Counted from the first letter of the stretch, positions 44,809 to 55,689 are shown. The stretch: DNA of 64,000 bases from Candidatus Saccharimonadota bacterium (GCA_016191105.1 JACPPH010000002.1:67268-131267); one strand, 5' to 3'. The notes: generated by a model from the sequence alone, not told the origin. Numbers and translations are program-made.

Positions 44809-46062
44809 ATGTTTAGCAAGCGGCCGATCAGTGCTAGCCACCACAGCCGCTCGCCGGTTCAGCTAGCTCACCGGCCCGACTATGTAATAAGTGTGCTGGT
44901 TTTGTGCTTAATTGCCATTGGCATGGTTATGATTTACTCTACGGGCTGGATCGCAATTCTAAAACAGACTGGTGGCAGCAACGACACCAACAGCCTGTTT
45001 TATACTCAGCTGGTAACCTTTGCTATCGGTATTTTGCTTTGGTATTCAGCTAGCAAGGTTCACTATAGTGTTTGGCAAAAATACGCCGCTTATATTTTTT
45101 ATGGTTCAGCCGTCCTAATGTTTCTGGTGCTAATACCAGGTATCGGTGTTCAGGTAAATGGGGCATCACGCTGGGTGCGTTTTGGGCCGCTCAACTTTCA
45201 ACCGGTAGAGTTTTTTAAGCTCGGCATAGTACTATATATGGCGGCTTGGGTCGAAAAGAATCGTGGTCATTTGAGCAGCTTATTTGAGGGGTTAGTGCCA
45301 TTTTTGGTTATTATTAGCCTAACAGCCTTTTTGGTGGTTTTGCTGCAAAAAGACATGGGCAGCGCCATGGTGATAGTGGCGGCATGTTTAAGCATATACT
45401 TCGTGTCGGGCGTTAGGCTGCCGATTTTTGCGGCTGGTGTTGGCATTTTGACAAGCTTGAGCGGGCTGCTCATAGTGTTCTTTCCATATCGTTTAAGCCG
45501 ATTTTTAACCTTTTTAAACCAAGCCAACGATACCTCGGGCTCGGCCTATCATATCAACCAGGCTCTTATAGCCCTAGGTTCTGGCGGAATTTTTGGCCGG
45601 GGCTTGGGTAAAAGCTTACAAGCTTATGGTTATTTGCCTGAGTCGACTAACGATTCAATTTTTGCAATCATTGGCGAAGAATTCGGCTTGTTAGGCTGTC
45701 TGGTGGTTGTGTCTTTGTATGGTGGGCTATTGTATAGGGGCTATCGCGTGAGTCGATCTGCGCCCGACAACTTTGCTAAGCTGGTAGCCGTGGGCATTAC
45801 TGCCTGGATTGGTTTTCAGGCCGTATTTAACGTGAGCGCAATGATTGGTTTGATTCCGCTAACGGGCATTACTTTACCATTTGTAAGCTATGGCGGCACT
45901 AGCTTAATTGCCTTGTTGATCGGCATTGGAATCTTGCAAAATATTTCTAAATTTACTCACAAGGAGGTTCGAAGTGAAGATCGTAGTGTCGGGCGGGGGG
46001 ACAGGCGGACATATCGCGCCGATTTTGGCGGTTCTCGAGCAACTGCAAAAACTCGAACCTAA
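44809..46062 (+). CDS. ftsW: SEDS peptidoglycan polymerase FtsW
   Basis: GASRW, FQPVEFFK, YLPESTNDSIF, PFVSYGG; exact start uncertain. Confidence 0.95.
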   Translation: MFSKRPISASHHSRSPVQLAHRPDYVISVLVLCLIAIGMVMIYSTGWIAILKQTGGSNDTNSLFYTQLVTFAIGILLWYSASKVHYSVWQKYAAYIFYGSAVLMFLVLIPGIGVQVNGASRWVRFGPLNFQPVEFFKLGIVLYMAAWVEKNRGHLSSLFEGLVPFLVIISLTAFLVVLLQKDMGSAMVIVAACLSIYFVSGVRLPIFAAGVGILTSLSGLLIVFFPYRLSRFLTFLNQANDTSGSAYHINQALIALGSGGIFGRGLGKSLQAYGYLPESTNDSIFAIIGEEFGLLGCLVVVSLYGGLLYRGYRVSRSAPDNFAKLVAVGITAWIGFQAVFNVSAMIGLIPLTGITLPFVSYGGTSLIALLIGIGILQNISKFTHKEVRSEDRSVGRGDRRTYRADFGGSRATAKTRT

Positions 46063-47131
46063 TCTCAAAGTATTATTCGTTGGTTCGGGCAATGAGCTCG
46101 AGAAGAAGATTCTACAAAGCAGTGGCTTTGAATATGTTGCTATTCCGTCGGGTAAGTTTCGGCGCTATGGTCGGGGGTTGGTGCGAGAGGTTTTAGATAT
46201 TAAAACAACTAGTCAAAATATTAAAGATGCCACTCGAGTGGTGCGTGGAATTCGGCAAGCTCGCAAAATATTGAATGGCTTTAAGCCCGATGTGGTATTC
46301 ACCAAGGGCGGCTATGTTGGGTTACCAGTCGGTTTGGCGGCCGCCAAACTGGGCTATCCACTGGTTATTCATGAATCAGATTCGATTTTCGGCAAAGCCA
46401 ATCAAGTTTTGGCTACCAAGGCCACAAAAATAGCCGTAAGTTTTCCGGTCGAAACCTACCAGCTACCAGACAGAGTTGATCGATCTAAACTGATCTACAC
46501 CGGCAATCCAATACGTGGTTCAATATTAAGCGCCTCGCCCGCAGCTGCAGAAAAATTTTTCCCGTTCGACAAAAATAAACCAGTAGTTTTGATTACCGGG
46601 TCTTCACAAGGCGCCCAAGCTATCAACCAGGTAATATTTTCATCGCTAGAAAACCTTTGTAAACATTACAACATTATTCATCTAACGGGTGAGCGCGATA
46701 TTGAGCGAGCCCGCTTTATGCATCACAAACTGCCGGCCGGGCTCAAAACTAGCTATCTACCATTTGGTTTTTTGCAATCAGAAATGGGGCTGGCTTACCA
46801 AAGAGCAGAGGTAGTTGTTGCAAGAGGCAGCATGTCAACACTAACCGAGGTTGCAGCAGTTGGCCGCCCAGCTATCATAATACCACTACCAAGTTCAGCA
46901 GATCAGCCATCTAATGCACGTATATTGGCCAGGTTTGGAGCTATCCGCCTGCTAGAACAAGCCGATCTAACCGAGCTTCGGTTGCGCTCAGAAATTGATC
47001 AGATACTCGAGCACCCCGAAGCAACAAACTACTTGATAAAAACATTTCACAAGTTCTACAAAGCCTATGCTTCAGAACATGTCGCTACGATTCTGCATAA
47101 ATGCGCAACAAAAACTGGAGTAGAAAACTAA
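45974..47131 (+). CDS. murG: Lipid II synthase MurG
   Basis: GGGTGGH, KGGYV, IHESD, GNP; GTG after AAGGAGG. Confidence 0.96.
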   Translation: MKIVVSGGGTGGHIAPILAVLEQLQKLEPNLKVLFVGSGNELEKKILQSSGFEYVAIPSGKFRRYGRGLVREVLDIKTTSQNIKDATRVVRGIRQARKILNGFKPDVVFTKGGYVGLPVGLAAAKLGYPLVIHESDSIFGKANQVLATKATKIAVSFPVETYQLPDRVDRSKLIYTGNPIRGSILSASPAAAEKFFPFDKNKPVVLITGSSQGAQAINQVIFSSLENLCKHYNIIHLTGERDIERARFMHHKLPAGLKTSYLPFGFLQSEMGLAYQRAEVVVARGSMSTLTEVAAVGRPAIIIPLPSSADQPSNARILARFGAIRLLEQADLTELRLRSEIDQILEHPEATNYLIKTFHKFYKAYASEHVATILHKCATKTGVEN

Positions 47132-47941
47132 GTGTCCAAAGATACTCGACGACTCGGCCGGACTCGGCGCGTGGTTTATCAGCCACATTATGAAACGCCA
47201 AAAACTAAGCGCCAATGGCGTGTTTCGGCTTTTGTTCGGCCACTGATTTACATTCTTTTATTTCTAGGTGCTGCCTATGTGGTTATCATTTCACCACTGT
47301 TTCAGATTCGCAAAATAACTATTAGGGGAAACAGCGTAGTGGTGGCAGGGGAAGTTCAAAAAGCCGTAGAACAGGCACTGAGCGAGACACCGCTAAGCCG
47401 TAATATTATATTCCTCAATACGACCCAAATAAGCGACTTAATAAAGAGCCAAAATCAGCAGGTGGCTAGTGTTCGGGTGGATCGCAGCCTGCCAAATGGG
47501 ATCGTGGTGATCATTCGCGAGCAAGACCCGGCGCTGCTTTGGCGTAGCGCCACCAAAGCCTATGTCGTTAGTAACGACGGCTATGCCTACAGTCAAACCA
47601 CAAATAATATTAACAATCTAATCACTGTGATCGATACCTCGAATCTGCCAGTTCGGCTGGGTCAGCCTATAGTGCCAGCATCGTTTGTAAGTTTCGTGAA
47701 AGACTTGCAGACAAAGCTGCCGAGCCTTGGTATTAAACTAGCACAGTTGAATGTCGGCGAGACGACCTCTGAGATAGTCGTGGCTACCAACTCTGGTTAT
47801 AGCATACGACTCGATACTACCAGGAGTTCAGACGATCAGCTCAATGACCTAAAATCGACTCTCGATGCCCTTAAAAAGCAAAATAAGAAAATTACTGAAT
47901 ATGTAGATTTGAGAGTACCGGGCAAAGCCTTTTATAAATAG
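47132..47941 (+). CDS. ftsQ: Cell division protein FtsQ/DivIB
   Basis: TM, POTRA-like region, C-terminal YVDLR. Confidence 0.85.
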   Translation: MSKDTRRLGRTRRVVYQPHYETPKTKRQWRVSAFVRPLIYILLFLGAAYVVIISPLFQIRKITIRGNSVVVAGEVQKAVEQALSETPLSRNIIFLNTTQISDLIKSQNQQVASVRVDRSLPNGIVVIIREQDPALLWRSATKAYVVSNDGYAYSQTTNNINNLITVIDTSNLPVRLGQPIVPASFVSFVKDLQTKLPSLGIKLAQLNVGETTSEIVVATNSGYSIRLDTTRSSDDQLNDLKSTLDALKKQNKKITEYVDLRVPGKAFYK

Positions 47942-48588
47942 CATTCGTTTTTTGTTCATATGACAAAGCTAAGTTAGCCAGGAAATTCCAGAAGTCTAGA
48001 AGGTAGCAGATTTTTACGGTCGGGTCACAAAAAATAGAATAGTACAAAGTCAAATAAAGTAGTGCTTAAAGGCCGAGAAGAGTCGAAGCAGGCGAAAAGC
48101 AGTTATTAATTGGCGCTTCAGCTAAGCTATTTAGCTTTGAGCAAGATATCATTTCACGACTAGTTTCACAATAATATTACTTGCAGGTAGAATTTGGTCT
48201 TCTGTTCTATGTTCGGTTTCTATTCACCCTTAACTCACGCCTATGATTGCCCAGAAGTGGCTGTACTTTTACGTATAGATTTCGCGTTTACACTATTAAA
48301 AAGTTAAGAAATAGCCAAAAAATATAAAAATCGTTAAATTACGCTTATACTCAATAGTCATAGATGCATGACGCAAAAGGTATATTGTGCGACATATGAC
48401 ATTAGTACTTGTAGGCGTATTAACCAGCATCTTTTGAGGTACGGATTGCGGCAGCACGGCCACATTTCTTCGCTGCAAGTAGCTATATACTAACATACCT
48501 TAGATCATCGCCTGTGAGATTTATTTATAACAACTAATTACCACGGCGCAGCTGCTTTTTATATGGCTAGCTAGCCACCAGCCAAGAC

Positions 48589-51240
48589 CTATCTGTTACT
48601 CTTGCTACGGCGCTTGCGCGAACGTGAACTAGAACCAGATCCGCCGTGCTCTCTTCGGGATTTTAGCTGCTCGCTATATTTCTTAGGCTCAATCCCGGCT
48701 AAGTTCGGTTTGTGTTCATAGACGGGGATTTGAGGCTGCTTAGGCTTTTCGGAGTTTTCGCTCCCCCGGCTTTCGGTCTCGTCTTTTTTGCCAAAACCAC
48801 TCCACTTGGCGATATCGGTCTCAACCTCAGCTTTAGATTTACTATAATGCGCCCTGGACTGCTCAATAATGGTCCGGGTAAAGTCGTGTGGCGGCTTGGG
48901 GCCATTAAGGGTTCGGGCACTAAATGGTAGCGAAGTTTCGCCGTCGATACTCATGGTTACATAGACGTTCTGAATGCCCAAATTTACCAGATCGGCTGGT
49001 TCAAAGACTGGCTCAAAGTATTTAGCCAAATAAGTGGCGTCGTCGGCTCCGACTCTGAAGGTTATCATACTGCCAACGTTGCCAAACACGGCATCTTTGA
49101 CCTCATCGGGCATTTGAGCAATGTACTGGTTGGCCATGGTTAAATACAGCCCATATTTGCGGGCTTCAGACAGAATTACAGCAAAACTCTCGGTGGCAAA
49201 GTTCTGGAACTCATCGACATATAAATAGAATGGTCGGCGCTCTTCAATATCGGCAATGTCAGCCCGACTCATAGCCTCAAGCTGGATTTTGGTGATCATC
49301 AAGGCGCCCAATATTCCCGCATTGTCCTCACCAATTTTACCGCGGCTTAAATCGACCACCAGTATCTTACCTTCGTCCATCATTTTTCGTATATTAAAAC
49401 TTGAGCTGCTCTGACCAAGCACGTTACGCACCAGCGGGTTGGCGGTAAAGGCACCAACCTTGTTTAGCACCGGTGCAACTGCCTCCGAGGCGAACTTGTC
49501 GTTCCAGCTAGCAAATTCATTGACCCAAAAGGCCTTAACCACTGGATCCTTCACGTTGTCAACCACCTGTTTGCGATAAGCTTTATCGGTCAGCATGCGG
49601 GTTATACCGAGCATGGTGGAGTCGGGCGATTCTAGTAGCGCCAACAGCGTAAAGCGCAAAATGTGCTCGAGCCTCGGGCCCCAGCTGTCACCAAACATTT
49701 TTTTGAGTACACCCACTATTTCGCTGGCCACACTGTTGCGCTTGTTTTCGTCGTGTACCTCCATCGGGTTAAACCCGATCGGGAATTCGGTGTCAGCTGG
49801 ATTAAAGTAAACTACATCGCCAATCCGGCTTTCGGGTATAAACTTCATAATGTTCTGAGCAAAATCACCGTGCGGGTCGACGACCGCAAAGCCCTGATTT
49901 TGATATAAATCCGACAAGGTTAGCAATTCTAGCAAATAAGACTTGCCCACGCCCGATTTACCAACTATGTAGAGGTGGCGCTTACGATCGTCACGCTTGA
50001 TGCCAAACTTAACGTGAGCCTGACGAAACGTGGTGCTACCTATTAGGCTTAGATTGTCGGCACTAGTGTTTTGTAGGGTTGGCAGATTAGCAGGCGGCTC
50101 CCCCACCTTGGTGGATGTATAGACTACGCCTGGTGTCTCAACTGAAACATGTGGTAAGTGGTACAGGCTGGCTAGCTCCTCGATGTTTAAGACATAACCA
50201 CTGCCCTCAAATAGCCTAGCTTGGTAGGCTTTAAGACCATCCTCCCCGGCCCGTATGCCATTGTTGGTAAAGCCATTTAGGTTTATGGTGTTAAACTGTT
50301 TAAAACCGCCAATTAAAGCCTGCATACGTGATTTGGCAGCAGCATCATTATCGCCTAGATAGCAGATACGGATCTTCACACCATAGCCTAATTTTTGAGC
50401 CTTGGTTTCAACAGCCGTATTAATGGTAGTCTGGCCAGGGCTAAGCTCTTTTTTGTCTTTTTTCTCTTCCTTTTTGCTCTCGGCTGGCGGTTTGAAGGCA
50501 GCGTTAAATAGTGCGCCTACAAATGCAAATGGTGCACTCAAGGCCTTTTGTTGCCAGTTATCAAAAAACTTAGCTGCCTTGCCATTGCGTATCTCGTCGA
50601 CATAGGCAATTGAGCGAGCGTGCCAGCCGTCATCAATTGGCTTTAGCAAGAACTGGACCCACATTTCTTCGGTTTCACTCAAGGAGGCCAAGACGGTTGT
50701 TAGGCCGGCCAGTGGATCTACCTCGAAGGTTAGAAAGGTGCGAATTGGAAAAATGTCGTCTTTGGTAAGTACAGCCTCTGTGGTATAGGCAGTTCGTTCT
50801 CTCACGTCGGCTCGCGAGTAGTCGGCGTCCATAGTAAAGATTTGAACGGTTGGGTATTGAGCGTAGATTTGGCTCTCGACATAATCCTTCAGCTGTTTGG
50901 GCACCCAAACATAGAAGTGAATCATATTGCCTTGGCTGGCAAACTCAAAGCTAATGTGGTCTTGGATGGTGTTCTCTTTGTTAATCTCGGCAGAGGGGCG
51001 CAATATGCCGTGCAAACTAGCAAACATTTGCTCGGCCGAGAGTTCCTTTTTCTCGTTGTTTTTCGGCACTATTATCTGCAGCACAACGTGCTCGGTATTG
51101 ATAATGTTTTCGGCTTTGCGATTATTGCGCCAAATCAAATACATCAGGAAGGCTGCTATCAGAGTCCAGCCCCAGTATGTAAATAAGACGGCGCCAATTA
51201 CACCGAAAATATTAGAGATGATGGTTGTAATGGCTGACAT
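48589..51240 (-). CDS. VirB4/TrwB(TraD)-like ATPase with N-terminal TM
   Basis: HLYIVGKSGVGKS, VDPHGD, LYVDEFQNF, EARKY, GNVGS. Confidence 0.88.
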   Translation of the reverse strand: MSAITTIISNIFGVIGAVLFTYWGWTLIAAFLMYLIWRNNRKAENIINTEHVVLQIIVPKNNEKKELSAEQMFASLHGILRPSAEINKENTIQDHISFEFASQGNMIHFYVWVPKQLKDYVESQIYAQYPTVQIFTMDADYSRADVRERTAYTTEAVLTKDDIFPIRTFLTFEVDPLAGLTTVLASLSETEEMWVQFLLKPIDDGWHARSIAYVDEIRNGKAAKFFDNWQQKALSAPFAFVGALFNAAFKPPAESKKEEKKDKKELSPGQTTINTAVETKAQKLGYGVKIRICYLGDNDAAAKSRMQALIGGFKQFNTINLNGFTNNGIRAGEDGLKAYQARLFEGSGYVLNIEELASLYHLPHVSVETPGVVYTSTKVGEPPANLPTLQNTSADNLSLIGSTTFRQAHVKFGIKRDDRKRHLYIVGKSGVGKSYLLELLTLSDLYQNQGFAVVDPHGDFAQNIMKFIPESRIGDVVYFNPADTEFPIGFNPMEVHDENKRNSVASEIVGVLKKMFGDSWGPRLEHILRFTLLALLESPDSTMLGITRMLTDKAYRKQVVDNVKDPVVKAFWVNEFASWNDKFASEAVAPVLNKVGAFTANPLVRNVLGQSSSSFNIRKMMDEGKILVVDLSRGKIGEDNAGILGALMITKIQLEAMSRADIADIEERRPFYLYVDEFQNFATESFAVILSEARKYGLYLTMANQYIAQMPDEVKDAVFGNVGSMITFRVGADDATYLAKYFEPVFEPADLVNLGIQNVYVTMSIDGETSLPFSARTLNGPKPPHDFTRTIIEQSRAHYSKSKAEVETDIAKWSGFGKKDETESRGSENSEKPKQPQIPVYEHKPNLAGIEPKKYSEQLKSRREHGGSGSSSRSRKRRSKSNR

Positions 51241-51291
51241 AAGAATTTTGGGTGATCAAACGGCCCCCTAGCAGCCTATAGCTATTAAGCT

Positions 51292-52314
51292 TTAAGCTGA
51301 TTTTTTGAGACCGTAAATGCCCTTACCGACACGCTCGAACTGCGGTTTTTCCTGCAGGTTGAGCACAATGGTGCTGGGCTTAACCTGGCGACGGGCCAAA
51401 ACCCGCTCAATGATTTGGTCTTTTGGTAATGGCGACTCAGCCTTCAATACCTCTTCTATGATATCAGCAACAGTGCCGGCTTTGTAGCCCCACTCTGAGA
51501 GCGCATAAATGCCTCGACCAATCAGTACGAATCGGCTATCTTTAATTAGCTCGTTGTGTACAGCCTGGGTTGTAACAGATTTAGGGTTGGCCTTGAGCTT
51601 GCCGATAGAATGAGCGATCTCGGTGAAGTGCATAGGTCGACTGGCCTTTTTGAGCACCAGATATATCTTGTCGCGGATACTACGAGGATTTACCTCGGGC
51701 CACTGGCTCAGGCCCCACAGGTCATCTAGGTTGGAAATGTTGTGAGCTGTTAAAGCTAATTGCTGCATAGCTTCAGATTTATGTGGGCCATCAATTCGAG
51801 CCATCACCTTGTCGAACTTAACTGGCTTACCTAGATCGGTTACGACATCTACTAATTGACTATACAGCTTTGCCAAGTCACGTTCTGAATAGATTGAGGC
51901 GTCGAGCACCAGATGAATATGATGATCAGTTTTGTCAACAAAGTAAAACCCCGGGTTCAAACGGATTAAGAAACTGACACGTGGGGCTGATCCACTGGCA
52001 GCTTGGAGTTGGTTTAGTAAGACGTCAAAACTGATTATGCCACCGTAGTTAGCCATAATCTGTTGGAGCCGGGCTGTTAGCTCGTGATCATGCTGACCCT
52101 GCTCGCGAATTCGCATGAGAGCAGCCTTCTCTATCTGGCGGACGCGCTCACGAGTAATACCCAGATCCTGACCAATTTCTTCAAGAGTTTGAATTCGACC
52201 GCCAGTAATACCAAACCGACGCCGCAAAATCTCTCGATCGCGATCCTTCTTGAGTGCTTTAAGTGACTGTTCAATTAAGGCGTTAAGCTGTTCGGGCTGA
52301 ATACGATTGTTCAT
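51292..52314 (-). CDS. Sigma70 region-4 HTH fused to winged-HTH domains
   Basis: RRFG..TLEEIG..ITRERVRQIE; PMHFTEI..HNELIKDSRFVLIGRGIYAL; no sigma region 2. Confidence 0.82.
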   Translation of the reverse strand: MNNRIQPEQLNALIEQSLKALKKDRDREILRRRFGITGGRIQTLEEIGQDLGITRERVRQIEKAALMRIREQGQHDHELTARLQQIMANYGGIISFDVLLNQLQAASGSAPRVSFLIRLNPGFYFVDKTDHHIHLVLDASIYSERDLAKLYSQLVDVVTDLGKPVKFDKVMARIDGPHKSEAMQQLALTAHNISNLDDLWGLSQWPEVNPRSIRDKIYLVLKKASRPMHFTEIAHSIGKLKANPKSVTTQAVHNELIKDSRFVLIGRGIYALSEWGYKAGTVADIIEEVLKAESPLPKDQIIERVLARRQVKPSTIVLNLQEKPQFERVGKGIYGLKKSA

Positions 52315-52428
52315 AGTTGTATCACTCTAAATTATGAATGTCGGCCAAAACTTGTAGCAGACAAAAACTTAAGACAGTTAAGATTATAACATCTAAAGCG
52401 CTTTTGGTCAATGATTTTTATAATGTTT

Positions 52429-54714
52429 TTACTTTTTTCCAAATCGTTTAGGTTTGGTCTTGGCTTCGGCAACCAGTTTTTGGCATTCCTTAAGGCTAAG
52501 TTTTTTAGGGTCTTTGTCTTTTGGTACCTTGGCATTGGTATTGCTATCGGTTACATATGGCCCATAACGGCCGTTCAACACCTGCAAGCCTTCGTCAGCG
52601 AAATCCTGGATAATTCGCTCGCGCTCCTGTTTTTGCTTGGCGGCAATAAGCTTGCGGGCCGTAGTCTCATCTATTTGAAACGGATCTTCACCTTTAATCG
52701 ACACAAACATCTCACCAACCTTTACGTAGGGTCCAAAACGGCCAATATTGGCAGTAATCTCTTCGCCCTTGGCAGTTGCACCGACTTTTCTGGGCAACTT
52801 AAACATTTCTAAGGCTTCTTTTAGGCTTACCTCGTCGATTTTTTTACCTTCTGGCATTGGCGCAAACTTAGGCTTTTCGTCGTCTTCGGCTTGGCCTATC
52901 TGGATCATGGCGCCATAGCGGCCCATTCTGGCAATTACTGGCTTGCCAGTTTTGGGGTCATTGCCAAGCTTTCGACCCTGGTTGGCCTCGTGTCGGCTGA
53001 TATCTTCAGATTGCTTGATTAATTTGTGAAACGGCTTATAAAAGTCCGCGATCATCTTGTTCCACTGTTCTTGGCCTGTGGCAATTTCGTCGAACTCCTT
53101 CTCGACCTTGGCGGTAAAGCCATAATCGACAACTTCTGGGAAAAATTTAACCAAAAAGTCGGTTACTACCAACCCGGTATCTGTTGGCACCAACTTATTT
53201 TTGTCGGCACCATAAGTTTCTTCGACTTGTGTTCGGTTTATATTCTTGGCCTTGAGCTCCAGTTCCACTACCTCGCGAATTTTACCCTCTATTTCGCCCT
53301 TTAGCACGTATTCACGAGCTTGAATGGTTGAGATGGTTGGTGCATAGGTGCTAGGTCGGCCTATGCCCTCCTCCTCGAGTTTTTTAACCAGGCTAGCTTC
53401 GGTATAGCGAGCGGCTGGCCGTTCAAAGCTCTGGCGCCCCACAATCCTTATTAGTTTTAGGGTTGCGCCTTCTTTGAGTGGCGGTAGTAATTTATCTTCT
53501 TTTTTATCGCCATAAACTTTCAGAAAACCATCAAACAGCACGATCTCCCCTTTGGCCACAAAGCTTTTATCGGTTTTGTCGGTAGTGATAGTTACAATAG
53601 TGCGTTCCAGCTTGGCATCGGCCATCTGAGTAGCTAGGGCTCGAGCCCGGATAAGCTTGTATAGCTTGGTTTGGCGCTCATCAGCTCCAGCCGTCTCTAA
53701 GCTCATATCGGTTGGGCGAATGGCCTCGTGGGCTTCTTGAGCGCCAGCTGACTTAGTTTTGAAAGCCCGCTGCTCTACGTAATCCTTGCCATATTTCTTT
53801 TCTATATAACCGGCAGCCTGCTTAACCGCAATAGCCGAAAGATTGACCGAGTCGGTACGCATGTAGGTAATGTGGCCAGCCTCATACAATCGCTGCGCTA
53901 AGGTCATGGTTTGGCGCACCGAAAAGCCTAGGCGGGTGCTGGCAGTTTGCTGCAACGTTGAGGTGGTAAATGGCGCGCTGGGTGATTTTTTACCAGGCTT
54001 TTGCTCGAGTCCAGATATCTTCCAGCTGGCATCTTTTACCGACTCCAGAAACTTTTGAGTAGCCTTTTCATCTGGCAGCTTTTCGCTGAGTTCGGCTTGC
54101 AGCACGCCATCTTTACCTAGATCGAACTCAGCTGTAACCTTAAAAAAGTCCTTGCTCTCGAACTTCTCGATCTCGCGTTCGCGCTCGACTATTAAGCGCA
54201 CCGCGACCGATTGCACTCTACCGGCGCTTAAGCCCGGTCGGATCTTCTTCCACAGTACGGGGCTGAGCTCGTAACCTACCAGTCTATCTAATACTCTACG
54301 GGCCTGCTGTGCGTCTACCAGGTGTAGATCAACCTTGCGGGGGTTTTTTATGGCCTCTTCAATAGCTGGTTTAGTAATTTCATGAAATACAATCCGTTTG
54401 GTGGTCTTTTCGCTCAAGCCCAAGGCTTTGCACAAATGCCAAGCTATAGCCTCACCTTCGCGGTCTTCGTCGGTGGCCAGCCAGGCGGTAGTGTTTTTAT
54501 CAATAGCCTTTTTAAGTTTGGCTACCACCTCGGCTTTATCTTCTGGCACCACATAGGTTGGCTCGAAATCTTTTTCGACATCGATCTCTAACCCACTTTT
54601 GGGCAGATCGCGTATGTGGCCGTAGCTCGAAAGCACCTGGTAATCTTTACCTAGGTACTTCTCGATGGTTTTGGCTTTGGCGGGACTCTCTACTATTACA
54701 ACGTTTTTTGGCAT
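52429..54714 (-). CDS. topA: DNA topoisomerase I
   Basis: IVESPAK, DEDREGE, SAGRVQ, ITYMRTDS, GRFGPY/GRYGPY Topo_C repeats. Confidence 0.98.
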   Translation of the reverse strand: MPKNVVIVESPAKAKTIEKYLGKDYQVLSSYGHIRDLPKSGLEIDVEKDFEPTYVVPEDKAEVVAKLKKAIDKNTTAWLATDEDREGEAIAWHLCKALGLSEKTTKRIVFHEITKPAIEEAIKNPRKVDLHLVDAQQARRVLDRLVGYELSPVLWKKIRPGLSAGRVQSVAVRLIVEREREIEKFESKDFFKVTAEFDLGKDGVLQAELSEKLPDEKATQKFLESVKDASWKISGLEQKPGKKSPSAPFTTSTLQQTASTRLGFSVRQTMTLAQRLYEAGHITYMRTDSVNLSAIAVKQAAGYIEKKYGKDYVEQRAFKTKSAGAQEAHEAIRPTDMSLETAGADERQTKLYKLIRARALATQMADAKLERTIVTITTDKTDKSFVAKGEIVLFDGFLKVYGDKKEDKLLPPLKEGATLKLIRIVGRQSFERPAARYTEASLVKKLEEEGIGRPSTYAPTISTIQAREYVLKGEIEGKIREVVELELKAKNINRTQVEETYGADKNKLVPTDTGLVVTDFLVKFFPEVVDYGFTAKVEKEFDEIATGQEQWNKMIADFYKPFHKLIKQSEDISRHEANQGRKLGNDPKTGKPVIARMGRYGAMIQIGQAEDDEKPKFAPMPEGKKIDEVSLKEALEMFKLPRKVGATAKGEEITANIGRFGPYVKVGEMFVSIKGEDPFQIDETTARKLIAAKQKQERERIIQDFADEGLQVLNGRYGPYVTDSNTNAKVPKDKDPKKLSLKECQKLVAEAKTKPKRFGKK

Positions 54715-54899
54715 ACTATTCGATAATGCTAATGGTTAATTAAAAATTATGCAAGCACTTGAGGGCATACAAGCCTGTCCCGCATACGATGCTGCTGTAA
54801 TAACAGGATGGAATTCGTTTTACAGCAAATTGATGTGCGGCGATACAGCACTATATATGAATGTGTATATTTTTGTCAAATTAATGGCCTAAAATGCGA

Positions 54900-54940
54900 A
54901 CACCCCACAACGGGGCGGGATGTCCGCAGGTCGTGGGGCG
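54900..54940 (-). terminator. Hairpin after solo gene
   Basis: ACACCCCACAAC...GTCGTGGGGCGT. Confidence 0.55.
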
Positions 54941-54971
54941 TATGTTGGTGCGGCACGGTGTCGCGTGCTGG

Positions 54972-55523
54972 CTACTCGCCGGCTAGCTTGAGGCCTCGGC
55001 CCCCCAAGACGTAGACGATGGTGTCGATGTCTTCGTTGAGGAAGCCAAGGTTCAGCATGTCCTCGGAGGTGTGAGCTCGCAACTGATCGATGCTGCCGAT
55101 GCAGTTGTGGTGTAGCCGACGATGGACGACCCTGAGGGAGCTGTCCGGCACGCTTGGGTTGTCCTCGGCGCTGAACAGCTCGTCGATCTCGGCGAAGGCT
55201 TCGACGTAGACCACGGCGTTCAGGAAGTCGGCGTAGCGCTTAGCGATTGGTAGGCAGTCCGTGCCGGCCTGGAGTACGACCTCGGGGTCCTCGTGCTGGA
55301 CTCGAACCTCGAACCAGTCCAGTTGTACCTGGGCGAGACTGAAGCCTTCGATGTCGGCCAGTTCGTCGCGCAAGGCCTTGACCTTGTCGTTGAGCCGCGC
55401 CGTCTGACGCTCAGGGTCTTGGTAGATCCATGGCCGCCCAGAGTGAAGGCCGGGCTTGGTTTCGCTCAGCAGGCGCCAGAACGGGCCCGGGACCTGAAGC
55501 TTTGCTTCACTTTCTGTGTCCAT
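54972..55523 (-). CDS. Hypothetical protein with RNAP alpha-CTD-like C-terminus (GC-rich solo gene)
   Basis: LRVVHRRLHHNCIGSIDQLRAHTSEDMLNLG..IDTIVYVLGGRGLKL; promoter TTGACT-17-TACGCT at 55575-55603. Confidence 0.6.
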   Translation of the reverse strand: MDTESEAKLQVPGPFWRLLSETKPGLHSGRPWIYQDPERQTARLNDKVKALRDELADIEGFSLAQVQLDWFEVRVQHEDPEVVLQAGTDCLPIAKRYADFLNAVVYVEAFAEIDELFSAEDNPSVPDSSLRVVHRRLHHNCIGSIDQLRAHTSEDMLNLGFLNEDIDTIVYVLGGRGLKLAGE

Positions 55524-55608
55524 TCGCGGTCTCTCTTTCTTTGAGTAGTTGGTTTGATGGCGCGAATCTTGTACAGCGTACCATATAAGCGTTAAAAAGT
55601 CAATAGTT

Positions 55609-55677
55609 TGTCATCCTGAACTGTCTCAGAATTTCTAGATTCCGGATCCTGAGCATAGATTTCCGGTCCGGAATGAC
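55609..55677. repeat. REP-like element (TGTCATCCTGAAC...CCGGAATGAC)
   Basis: Same terminal motifs as the elements at 35742 and 39546. Confidence 0.65.
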
Positions 55678-55689
55678 GCTATGGGCTAG

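Noticed and set aside
39812-47941. Missing murC/D/E/F, ddl and ftsA/Z as pathway loss
   Set aside because: Split dcw clusters are common; absence from one window says nothing about the genome.
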